Source: Oligoflexia bacterium
Lineage (GTDB): Bacteria > Bdellovibrionota > UBA1018
Direction: 5' to 3'
Assembly (NCBI GenBank): GCA_963758495.1
Contig: CAVWVI010000004.1
Coordinates: 832,001 to 896,000 of the forward strand
DNA: 64,000 nucleotides
The notes under the pieces were generated by a model that searched no databases, was not told the DNA's origin, and was given only the letters and a program-made list of their open reading frames with translations. Positions 11,146-20,158 of the stretch are shown here, piece after piece. Numbering within the stretch: position 1 is the stretch's first letter; every line of letters starts with the position of its first letter. Position numbers and translations under genes: made by a program.

Positions 11146-11938
11146 CCTGAGTCATCTCATCTTCACTTTGAATGGATTTGCCACGGAATACAAACATACC
11201 AATCAAACTTGCCTAGATGAGCATGCTCTCTACCAAAGAGCAAAAATGCTCTTTTCCAGTGGCCAATATCTCATGAGTGCTCTTCATTTCTCGCAACTCA
11301 GCACAACCACTTGCGATCCTCTACTTGCACACCAATCGCTCTTCTCTTATGCACTCGCAATGAGTGAACTCGGAGAATTTACAGAAATGATGTCCACCCT
11401 CTCTCAAATCCAGAAGCTAGACGATCCTACTCTTCTTCATAAAAGCCATCTTCTTCAGAGCTATCATCATCCCGAACTACAAAACTCACTTAATTCTCAT
11501 GAAGCCATTCAATTAACACTTTGGAATCAAAGGAAATCGCAAAATTTTTCAACGTTAACAGAACTCAAAACGATGACCCCAAATAAGCAAAGTCATCTTA
11601 TTTCTCTTCAAGAGTTGATTTTAAAATCCCCTGAAAAAACTCCATGGATCGCTGGAGTTGCCAGTACCCTTCTTCCAGGCTCCGGACAAGCCTACGTGGG
11701 TAATTATCAATCTGCAGCAGTCGCTCTGATCTTAAATTCTATCTTTCTAGCAACCACGGTAGAACTGACAAAACATCAGCTCCCTTTTTCCGCAATAGCA
11801 TCGGGGCTAGTATTTTCAGTAACCTATTTGGGAAATATAATTAATGCCGTTGATGGCGCTCAAAAGTATAATGAGACTTCACGAAGAACTCCGGAAAATG
11901 AATTCCGAAGAAGTTTATTTCCTGAGTTTACTCCTTAG
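11111..11938 (+). CDS. TPR-like protein with C-terminal membrane domain (LPGxGQxY type)
   Basis: Helical repeat N-half; PWIAGVASTLLPGSGQAYVG followed by hydrophobic helices. Confidence 0.65.
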   Translation: MKTFQIAVIYFSLSHLIFTLNGFATEYKHTNQTCLDEHALYQRAKMLFSSGQYLMSALHFSQLSTTTCDPLLAHQSLFSYALAMSELGEFTEMMSTLSQIQKLDDPTLLHKSHLLQSYHHPELQNSLNSHEAIQLTLWNQRKSQNFSTLTELKTMTPNKQSHLISLQELILKSPEKTPWIAGVASTLLPGSGQAYVGNYQSAAVALILNSIFLATTVELTKHQLPFSAIASGLVFSVTYLGNIINAVDGAQKYNETSRRTPENEFRRSLFPEFTP

Positions 11939-13084
11939 GACATCATCATCGGTCTGATCCTGCGATCTTTTCCTTTTGGGACGAGGTGCAGATGATTCTT
12001 TACGAAGAATTTTAATTTCATTATTCGCGATTTCAAAAACTCGTGGCTGAACAGGAGCCAAAACAGGAAAGAACCCTTGGGAAAGACCAATATCAATCCT
12101 CCAAACCAGCCCATCACAGACGCTATTCATTCCTTCAAGCTGAGGCGTATGCCCTACGACCATTCGTTTGACCGCAAGGGTAGCTAGGACCTCTTTGAGT
12201 TCTTTACAAACTTCATCGCTAGGTGTTCCATCGGAGTAGAGCCTACTCCAAGAGGGGTGAGTGTCAGCCAATTCTTGAAACAAAGAGGGGATTCCACTCG
12301 AACTGGATTTACCCAACATCCAATCCCGCATTTCCTCATGTAATTTGACTAACCCATATTTAACGCTTTGGGGGGTGATGCCTCCATGAACAAAAACTGT
12401 ATCATTCACAATTGTAAAAAAAGGCCGAGTCGCTAACAACTTTGCATAGGGACCGCCTGGCATGAATGCAACGACACGCTCAGAAACTCCAAGACCACGT
12501 GGTTTCATCACCGTTTTTGATCCATACCGCCCATCTTCATTGAGCGTCGGCTTTGGGAGCAATTGACTCTGGATTGGCACATTTATGTCTAAAAATTTTC
12601 TGAATGACTCGGGTGTGACAAATCTAAAATCCAAAAATACGTTCATAAATTCGTGATTTCCATTGAGCGGAATGACTTTCCCACCTGCCGCCTCTGCCTG
12701 AGTTTGAAGGTCAGAAAACAAATCCAAGATTTTACGATCATCATGCCATCGGTCAATCTGATCTCCAGTTTGTACCAGAACGAGCGTTCCCCCAATCCAG
12801 TGGTTATGGTTGTCAATCGCTCCTGCTAATCGCAGTACACGTTGCGTCGCTTCAAAATCCCCGTGAAGATCCCCTATGGCTACAACTCGACCATCGGTCT
12901 GATAGCGAAACTCCCGATAAGGATCAGGGTTTTCGTTCGCGAGAGACCGATCCTTGCCTGATTTTTGAAATGACCTTGACAATGAGCCTTGCGTGTTTTG
13001 CGGATGGAGCTGACTGGACTGACAGCTTGTAAATATCAAAAGACTAGTCCAGAGTGAAAATAACTTCTGTTTTGTGAGTGCCAT
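11915..13084 (-). CDS. Shewanella-like (Shelph) PPP-family metallophosphoesterase, predicted lipoprotein
   Basis: GDLHG, GDQIDR, GNHE, FVHGG, VVGHT, IDIG motifs; lipobox-like FTSC. Confidence 0.85.
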   Translation of the reverse strand: MALTKQKLFSLWTSLLIFTSCQSSQLHPQNTQGSLSRSFQKSGKDRSLANENPDPYREFRYQTDGRVVAIGDLHGDFEATQRVLRLAGAIDNHNHWIGGTLVLVQTGDQIDRWHDDRKILDLFSDLQTQAEAAGGKVIPLNGNHEFMNVFLDFRFVTPESFRKFLDINVPIQSQLLPKPTLNEDGRYGSKTVMKPRGLGVSERVVAFMPGGPYAKLLATRPFFTIVNDTVFVHGGITPQSVKYGLVKLHEEMRDWMLGKSSSSGIPSLFQELADTHPSWSRLYSDGTPSDEVCKELKEVLATLAVKRMVVGHTPQLEGMNSVCDGLVWRIDIGLSQGFFPVLAPVQPRVFEIANNEIKILRKESSAPRPKRKRSQDQTDDDVLRSKLRK

Positions 13085-13139
13085 AGTATAAATATATCTA
13101 TAGTATTAAATGGATAGCAAGTATTGAGATTTTAAATAC

Positions 13140-14507
13140 TTAATAAATTTCACTAAAATATCGACTACTCGGTTTTGAATTCTCTTTTTTTTGATGATCA
13201 GAAATTATTTTCTGATATAATTTTGCAGACCGAGTCATAGTTCGTTCGAAGGTTTCGTAATTCACTTGATAAAGTCCAAAACAAGGTCCAAAACCTTTGA
13301 TCCATTCAAAATTATCCAGCAGTGACCAATGATAATAACCTCTAATATCCATGCCATCCTCAATTGCTTGTGCTATTTCACGCAAATGAGAAATTAAGTA
13401 ACTTTGTCTCAGATCATCTTTTCGATCGGCGATCCCATTTTCAGTGACATAGATAGGCAATTGATAAGCACTAGTAAATTTTAACAACTTTCTTAAACCG
13501 GCCGGATGTAATGACCAACCTACATCCGATGCGACTTCTTTTTTTCTGGAAAAAGCCAACCCAAGAGGTACCTCAGAAGGCTGTTCATGCGCTGAATCTC
13601 GGGGACACCATTGAACATAGGCTTTTGTATAGTAATTGATTCCCATATAATCTACCGTTTTTCTACCGTGAGCTTCTTCCACCTGCTTTGCATAGGGCAC
13701 CAGTCCCAAGATTCCAAAGTGCTGTTTTCGACCTGTAATGGCATCCAACCAAGAACGATTATAAAATCTCCAAAAAATAGATGCAAAAAGCTGCTCTAAT
13801 GGATGCCAAGAACGATCCGGTAAAAAATCAAACATATTGTGAGCAATACCGACTTGAATTGGGTGATCTTTCCAAGGGCCCTTTCGATTCTCGATATCTG
13901 CATGTAAACAATCATAAGCCAAAACATGAGCTTTTAATAAGTGATGACAGGCAAGGGAGGCCAACTGCGGCGAAAACTGTGCAGGTGGCATGAATTTTCC
14001 CAAATAGGTCCCCGCCACCAGGACCATGGGCTCATTGAAGGTACACCAGAGAGGTATCCTCGGCCCCAAAGTACTTGTCACATGTTTCGTAAATTTTAAA
14101 AATTTCTGAGGTGAATCTGATTCAGTAAAACCGCCCCGCTGCGCAAACCAAAGTGGCGAAGTAAAGTGATGAAGAGTCAATAAAGGAAGAAGACGGTGTC
14201 GCTCACACTCTGAAATCATTTCGTGGTATCGATCCAATGCCAATGAATCAAAATGCCCTTCCTCAGGCTCAATCCTCGACCACTCAATAGAGAAGCGATA
14301 ACTATTAAGACCTAAATCAGCTGCCAATTGAATATCTTGTTTAAATCGATTCCAATGATCTGTAGCCGCACCCGACCTTACTCCTCCTTCAATATGGCCG
14401 CTAGCCTCCCATGCCCACCAATCGTTTTTATCATTATGACCTTCAATCTGATGAGCGCTCGTAGCAGCACCCCAAAGAAAGGGAGCACTTGATTTAAGTT
14501 TTGACAT
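13140..14507 (-). CDS. Glycoside hydrolase family 1 beta-glycosidase
   Basis: WGAATSAHQIEG, RFSIEWSRIEP, TFNEP acid/base, VTENG nucleophile, WSLLDNFEW. Confidence 0.95.
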   Translation of the reverse strand: MSKLKSSAPFLWGAATSAHQIEGHNDKNDWWAWEASGHIEGGVRSGAATDHWNRFKQDIQLAADLGLNSYRFSIEWSRIEPEEGHFDSLALDRYHEMISECERHRLLPLLTLHHFTSPLWFAQRGGFTESDSPQKFLKFTKHVTSTLGPRIPLWCTFNEPMVLVAGTYLGKFMPPAQFSPQLASLACHHLLKAHVLAYDCLHADIENRKGPWKDHPIQVGIAHNMFDFLPDRSWHPLEQLFASIFWRFYNRSWLDAITGRKQHFGILGLVPYAKQVEEAHGRKTVDYMGINYYTKAYVQWCPRDSAHEQPSEVPLGLAFSRKKEVASDVGWSLHPAGLRKLLKFTSAYQLPIYVTENGIADRKDDLRQSYLISHLREIAQAIEDGMDIRGYYHWSLLDNFEWIKGFGPCFGLYQVNYETFERTMTRSAKLYQKIISDHQKKENSKPSSRYFSEIY

Positions 14508-14519
14508 GAATGAACTCCG

Positions 14520-15680
14520 CTATTTAAATGATGTTTTTAAAGTCCCACCTGGTTCGAGGATAAATTGCTTTCCTCGCCATTGCACGGTGTTTCCAAAGGC
14601 AATACAGATCCATAACGGAAGCGCCAGCAGTTCTCTTAAAAACCAAGCAATCGGCACTTGAAAGGTAAGTTTTGACCTTAATTTTTTAAGAATCAAAAGG
14701 TCACAGAATGACCACAGGCTCAAATGCAAAATCATAAATAAAGAAGGAGAAATTCCAAATAAATTCTTTGCACCTAATACACCCAATAATCCAGAAACCA
14801 TGCACCCAAACCAAGGTTCTATTGCAAATACAAGCGGGGCTTGAGACTTACGAATGCGGCCCCATCGGAGATGACGCGACCAAAATTCGTAAAATGAATA
14901 CCGCCCAATGAATTGGGGAATAGGATCAACGGAAGTCACGACTCGTAAACCTAATCGTCGAATAGCTTCTCCTGCCATATAGTCTTCAGCAAGATAGCGA
15001 GAAAGGACATCAATTCCTCCAAATCGATTCGCCACCGAACGACGAAATAGCATGGATTTACCCACCACACATGGATGATCCAATCGATCTGCCATGATCA
15101 TGCCCCGTGCATAAAAAGTATTTAAAACTATGGCTTCCAAATAGCCACCCATTCCCTGAGCATGGTGCCCGGCTACTACTGAAGTGATCAATCCTACTTC
15201 TGGCTTAATTTGTGATACTAATCGTTTCAAATAAAGAGGATCCACTCTTACATTACTATCGCTGATCAGAAGCCAATCGTTTGCTGCCGTCTTATAACTC
15301 ATGACCAAATTATTCACTTTTGGATTAGGACCGATATCAACTTTACCTAAAATAAGCCGAGCTTGAGTCTGAGGGTATTTTACTATCAGTGACTCCACTA
15401 ACTGACAAACTGGATCGCTCTGACCATTTACTGAAAAAATCAATTCGTAATCCGGATATTCTAATTTAAAAAAACTTTCTAGATTTTCCTCAATACCTTT
15501 GTCCATTCCCTTCAAAGGCTTCAGGATGGATACTGGATATGGCACAAAAGGAAAACTCAATGTCGATGACGGTTCACTAAAGTGCTGGACGGTCAAAAAA
15601 GTGCCGTACAGCATGAGACTCAGTGCTACGAACCACCCTAGGAAGCAAGTGACGAATACCCAGCTCATTTCTAGACTCAT
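14520..15680 (-). CDS. GT21 ceramide glucosyltransferase / HpnI-like glycosyltransferase
   Basis: N-terminal TM, SILKPLKG, NPKVNNL, ISDSN, LAEDY, RHLRW, C-terminal VQWRG. Confidence 0.88.
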   Translation of the reverse strand: MSLEMSWVFVTCFLGWFVALSLMLYGTFLTVQHFSEPSSTLSFPFVPYPVSILKPLKGMDKGIEENLESFFKLEYPDYELIFSVNGQSDPVCQLVESLIVKYPQTQARLILGKVDIGPNPKVNNLVMSYKTAANDWLLISDSNVRVDPLYLKRLVSQIKPEVGLITSVVAGHHAQGMGGYLEAIVLNTFYARGMIMADRLDHPCVVGKSMLFRRSVANRFGGIDVLSRYLAEDYMAGEAIRRLGLRVVTSVDPIPQFIGRYSFYEFWSRHLRWGRIRKSQAPLVFAIEPWFGCMVSGLLGVLGAKNLFGISPSLFMILHLSLWSFCDLLILKKLRSKLTFQVPIAWFLRELLALPLWICIAFGNTVQWRGKQFILEPGGTLKTSFK

Positions 15681-16384
15681 TAGAATCCCCCTCTTCTTGG
15701 TAAAAGTGAAAATCTAATTCTTGTTTTCGAATGGCCTCCAGAATGGCCTCACGATGGAGCTCACAATAAAAAACAGTCTTCCAGGAATAAATCTGCTTGG
15801 GACTATGAAGATCACTCGTTGCAAGCTTGGGAAGGGAGGAGTGCAGAACTTCATCAAAAAGGTGGGGGCCACTTGCAACTTCCCAGGCGTCAAATTCTTG
15901 AGCCAGCTCATCTCGACGATCCCAGAGATGATACGTTTGTTTTTCTACTTTTCGTGTAGAAACCGGGTGAGCCGCAACCGCTAAACCACCTTGAGATCGA
16001 ATACGACGAGCAAGATCGAACCACGTCTCCATCAGCAGTAAAAAAATCTGAAATTCCTAATCCTAAAATATGGGCTGAACGATGGTTCAAAATCGAATTC
16101 TTCGAAAGCTCAAAACCAGGAATGACAACCATATGATATTGATCCCAGGCTCGTTCTGCTTCTGATTTTAGGATTTCCATATAGAGTGGAAAGGTAGCTG
16201 TCGTGAGTGTATGTCCAATATATCTCGCAGCTTTTCCAATCAGAGTTTTTTCTTCGCAAACGTGGTCCGTAATTGCAATAGCACCAAAGCCCCTCACCCC
16301 GTACAAATCAACTAATTCTGGAATAGAAAGTTTTCCGTCACTAAAATTCGAATGAATATGCAAATCAGCCAAAATCATATTCAA
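15577..16384 (-). pseudogene. PHP-family phosphoesterase split by a single extra base (or a sequencing error)
   Basis: N-part (DLHIHSNFSDG, AITDH) in ORF 15908-16384; C-part (QGGLAVAAHP, TSDLH) in ORF 15577-16032; frames join near 16018-16046. Confidence 0.8.
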
Positions 16385-16410
16385 ATGATCTCGTAAATCA
16401 CTGCCAGGGT

Positions 16411-16440
16411 GGGTTAAGAATAGGTTAGGATTCTATTAGT
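16411..16440 (-). promoter_or_regulatory. Pho-box-like triple direct repeat (11-bp period)
   Basis: Minus strand ACTAATAG-aat-CCTAACCT-att-CTTAACCC between phoR and the PHP gene. Confidence 0.55.
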
Positions 16441-16457
16441 ACTCAATGGGGTGGTAA

Positions 16458-17534
16458 TTAATTTGGAAAGTGACAAATAAAACTCGCACCTTTTCCAGGA
16501 GCACTCTCAACCCAAACGGATCCTTGGTGACGTTGCATAATATGCTTTACAATCGCCAAACCCAGACCTGTACCTCCGACTTCTCGTGAACGTGCCTTGT
16601 CTACTCGATAAAATCGCTCAAATAAACGGGTCTGATGCACTAAAGGGATACCTGGGCCACTATCAACCACTTTAAGTAAAGTTCCTTGATCATCCTCAGA
16701 CTCCCAAGTAACTGAAATCTTTCCCCCCATGGAAGTATATTTATTCGCATTATCGAGTAAATTCACCAAGACTTGCTCTAACCTTCGCGCATCTGCCAAA
16801 ACAGTCTTTGAAATCGAAGTGACTAAGACTTCTTGTTTCTTAGCATCGAGAACTCCCTGCATTTGCTTAAGAATTCGTTCAGTCACATCTTCTGTACTTA
16901 ATTCTATTTTATGAATGACGTCTGTTGATTCTAATGAGGAAAGATCCAGCAAATCACTGATTAAAACCATCAATCGATCTGCATTTCGAGAGATCACTTC
17001 AAAAAACTCCCGCTCTGGGCTTTTTCCTTGTTCAAAATCCTGAATCAAAGTGTCGGTATACCCTTTAATCGCTGTAAGAGGAGTTCTCAATTCATGTGAA
17101 ACATTGGCCACAAAATCAATTCGGATTTGTTCTGCACGTTTGAGATCAGTGACATCATGAAAAATCGCAACTGCTCCGTAAACTTTTCCATTTGCTTTTC
17201 TCAGAGGGGTAACGTTTACCGAAAAAAATTGCCGCCCGGTAGGGAGATCAAATGGAATCGCTCGTATGGAATCCGTCTTGCCTTTTTTTAATGCTGTTTG
17301 AAAGGCTTTTAAGATTTCCTGGTCTATAAACATTTTCCAGAGTCGCCTATTCTTTACATTTTTTTTTCCGAGTAATAGCGCAAAAGGGCTATTATAAAAA
17401 AGAGGAGAGCCCTCCAGGTCTACGCCTAAAATGGGATCAGAGACCACTTCCAATAAAGTCTCCTGCTGTACCCGCTCAATCCATGAGTTTTTCGCTTTTT
17501 TTGTTAAATTTTTAATGAGGGTGCGGATGTTCAT
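16458..17534 (-). CDS. phoR: PhoR-like sensor histidine kinase (PAS-HisKA-HATPase, no obvious TM)
   Basis: DFVANVSHELRTPLTAIKGY, FERFYRVDKARSREVGGTGLGLAIVKH; next to phoB-like and Pit genes. Confidence 0.85.
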   Translation of the reverse strand: MNIRTLIKNLTKKAKNSWIERVQQETLLEVVSDPILGVDLEGSPLFYNSPFALLLGKKNVKNRRLWKMFIDQEILKAFQTALKKGKTDSIRAIPFDLPTGRQFFSVNVTPLRKANGKVYGAVAIFHDVTDLKRAEQIRIDFVANVSHELRTPLTAIKGYTDTLIQDFEQGKSPEREFFEVISRNADRLMVLISDLLDLSSLESTDVIHKIELSTEDVTERILKQMQGVLDAKKQEVLVTSISKTVLADARRLEQVLVNLLDNANKYTSMGGKISVTWESEDDQGTLLKVVDSGPGIPLVHQTRLFERFYRVDKARSREVGGTGLGLAIVKHIMQRHQGSVWVESAPGKGASFICHFPN

Positions 17535-17545
17535 TGATTTTCCAA

Positions 17546-18220
17546 TTAAATTTTAATTCGATAACCCACCCCACGAATGGTCTCTATAATATCGGCGCAA
17601 TCCCCGAGTTTTTTTCTCAAACCAAATACGTGGGTATCAATGGCTCGATCAATCACTGCAATTCCCTGCCCTTGCACTAACTCAATCAACCGATCACGAG
17701 ATAGAACATGTCCTCGATGACTCATCAAAGAAGCCAAAAGTTTAAATTCCGAAGCAGTCAGCTGGACTTCCTCTGAGTTACAGATGACCTGATAAGTGGA
17801 GAGATTCAAACTAAGATTTCCACATTGAAATTGCTCTCTGGTTTCTTCTTCCTTCTGTTGATTTCTACGAAGGAGTGCCCGAACGCGGGCCAGAAAAACT
17901 GGAATTTCAAAAGGCTTAGTGATGTAATCATCTGCCCCCATTTCTAGTCCCAGCACGACATCGGAAGTATCGGCTCGCGCTGTTACCATAAGAATAGGAA
18001 TCTTTCCGGCCATGAATTTACAAAGCTCTAGACCTGATAAGCCCGGCAACATCCAATCTAAAATCACGAGATCATAAGAGGAAGACTTGAAAAAATTTAA
18101 TGCTTCCTCCCCATTATCAGTACTGACAAATTCGTAACCTTCACGCTTAAGATGCAAAAGAATAAGGTCCCTTACATCTCTTTCATCTTCCACAAGCAAT
18201 ACTTTAACATGATGAGTCAT
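17546..18220 (-). CDS. phoB: PhoB-like OmpR-family response regulator
   Basis: VLLVEDE, ILDWMLPG, GADDYITKPF, winged helix ending IETIRGVGY. Confidence 0.82.
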   Translation of the reverse strand: MTHHVKVLLVEDERDVRDLILLHLKREGYEFVSTDNGEEALNFFKSSSYDLVILDWMLPGLSGLELCKFMAGKIPILMVTARADTSDVVLGLEMGADDYITKPFEIPVFLARVRALLRRNQQKEEETREQFQCGNLSLNLSTYQVICNSEEVQLTASEFKLLASLMSHRGHVLSRDRLIELVQGQGIAVIDRAIDTHVFGLRKKLGDCADIIETIRGVGYRIKI

Positions 18221-18430
18221 TTCAAGCCACCCACACATCCATTAAAAGATTATCTAAATGTTCATGACCAAAATCACTTACCGTTATAGAATGAGAGCTT
18301 ATATACCACTGCCTAATACTTTCAATCGATATCTCTAAATTTAACGGACTATCTAAATTATCATAGGCTAACGAGTGGCAATAGAGTTATACCGAAATGA
18401 TACTATTATCCACGAAGGGGGATCAATCTT

Positions 18431-19057
18431 ATGTTTGGACAGTTTTTACCACGAGAGGGTAAATTTTTTGATCTATTTGGAGAAAGTGCAGACTTGAGTG
18501 TCGAAGCGGCTGAAAAATTGCTACAAATGCTCAGTGATTTTCCTCACATTGAAAGCCGCGCTCGTGGAATTAAAGATATCGAACACAAAGCAGATGAAGT
18601 GACCCATCAAGCGATTGAACTCCTTCATAAAACCTTCATTACACCTCTTGATCGAGAAGACATTCATAAGTTGATTACAGAGATGGACAACATTGTCGAC
18701 TTCTTAGATGCCGCATCCCAGCGCATTTTTCTCTATGGCATCAATCAAACTACTCCTGAACTCAATGGATTAGCGAAAGTCTGTGTACAATCCGTAGGAT
18801 ACGTTAGAAAAGCTGTAAAAGGTCTCAGCAATCTCAAAAACCCTGCCGAGATTCGAAAAAACTGCGTTGAAATCAATCGCCTGGAAAACGAGGCGGATCA
18901 TATCCTTCGGTCAGCGGTAGCCAAACTTTTTCGAGAAGAAGCCGACATTCGTCTCCTGATTAAATTAAAGGAAATCTATGAGCTTCTGGAAGTTGTGACA
19001 GATCGCTGTGAAGATGTAGCAAACATTATCGAAGGAATTGTTTTAGACTACTCTTAA
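18431..19057 (+). CDS. DUF47 / PhoU-like phosphate transport regulator
   Basis: IEHKAD, FITPLDREDI, LENEAD, DRCEDVA motifs; directly upstream of Pit. Confidence 0.9.
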   Translation: MFGQFLPREGKFFDLFGESADLSVEAAEKLLQMLSDFPHIESRARGIKDIEHKADEVTHQAIELLHKTFITPLDREDIHKLITEMDNIVDFLDAASQRIFLYGINQTTPELNGLAKVCVQSVGYVRKAVKGLSNLKNPAEIRKNCVEINRLENEADHILRSAVAKLFREEADIRLLIKLKEIYELLEVVTDRCEDVANIIEGIVLDYS

Positions 19058-19080
19058 GCTAGCTCAAAAGGATACAACTC

Positions 19081-20088
19081 ATGCAACCCGGTCTGACTTT
19101 GATCATTTTTATCGTGGCACTAGCCCTTATCTTTGACTTCATTAATGGTTTTCACGATGCGGCAAATTCTATTGCAACGATTGTTTCCACTCGAGTTCTC
19201 AAACCTCAATGGGCAGTTATTTGGGCAGCCTTTTTCAATTTTATCGCTTTCCTCTTCTTTGGACTCCACGTCGCTAATACCATTGGCCAAGGAATTATTG
19301 ATCCATCCATTGTAGACCCACTCGTTATTCTATCTGCACTCATGGGTGCAATCGTTTGGGATATCATTACCTGGTATTATGGAATTCCTTCCAGCTCTTC
19401 ACACGCTCTCATAGGGGGCCTCGGAGGGGCTGCGGTCGCAAAAGGAGGCGTCCATGTACTGAATACGAGCGGCTTTTTAAAAATAGGGATTTCCATTGTC
19501 CTCTCTCCTATTCTAGGATTCGTCCTCGCCGGCCTCCTGATGATTTTAGTGTCATTCCTTTTCTTTAGAGTGAATGCAAGTAAAGTAAGCCGCTGGAGCC
19601 GCCGTATGCAATTTGTATCGGCTTCACTCTATAGCTTGGGCCACGGCGGAAACGACGCCCAAAAAACCATGGGCATCATCGCCGTCTTACTTTTCTCCAC
19701 CCACATGTTAGGTCCAGAATTTTACATTCCTCTTTGGGTAGTCCTCGCTTGTCAAAGCGCAATGGGAATTGGAACTCTCTTTGGGGGTTGGAGAATTATA
19801 AGAACCATGGGACTCAGAATCACTCAATTGAAACCTGTCGGTGGGTTTTGTGCCGAAACGGCCGGAGCGGCCACACTCTTCCTTGCTACCGGCTTAGGAA
19901 TTCCAGTCTCTACTACCCATACGATTACTGGATCTATTATGGGTGTTGGAGCGGTAACCAATGCTAAAGCAGTTCGCTGGGGCATTGCAGAAAAGATCCT
20001 CTGGGCCTGGGTGATTACTATTCCTGCCGCAGCGTTTGTATCCGGACTGACTTGGTGGATCGCCCATCTCTGCTCGAAATTGAAATAA
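19081..20088 (+). CDS. pit: Inorganic phosphate transporter (Pit family, short type)
   Basis: NGFHDAANSIAT, GIPSSSSHALIG, HGGNDAQKTMG, PVSTTH. Confidence 0.95.
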   Translation: MQPGLTLIIFIVALALIFDFINGFHDAANSIATIVSTRVLKPQWAVIWAAFFNFIAFLFFGLHVANTIGQGIIDPSIVDPLVILSALMGAIVWDIITWYYGIPSSSSHALIGGLGGAAVAKGGVHVLNTSGFLKIGISIVLSPILGFVLAGLLMILVSFLFFRVNASKVSRWSRRMQFVSASLYSLGHGGNDAQKTMGIIAVLLFSTHMLGPEFYIPLWVVLACQSAMGIGTLFGGWRIIRTMGLRITQLKPVGGFCAETAGAATLFLATGLGIPVSTTHTITGSIMGVGAVTNAKAVRWGIAEKILWAWVITIPAAAFVSGLTWWIAHLCSKLK

Positions 20089-20158
20089 AAATCAGTTTCT
20101 TAATTAAAATATTTTATTTAATATTAAACCTGAAGTACTTTGGCAGTTTTTTAAATGT

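Noticed and set aside
18239..18430. Pho box in the phoB/DUF47 divergent region
   Set aside because: TTTAACGG and TCTAAATT are not at a clean 11-bp period; no convincing repeat
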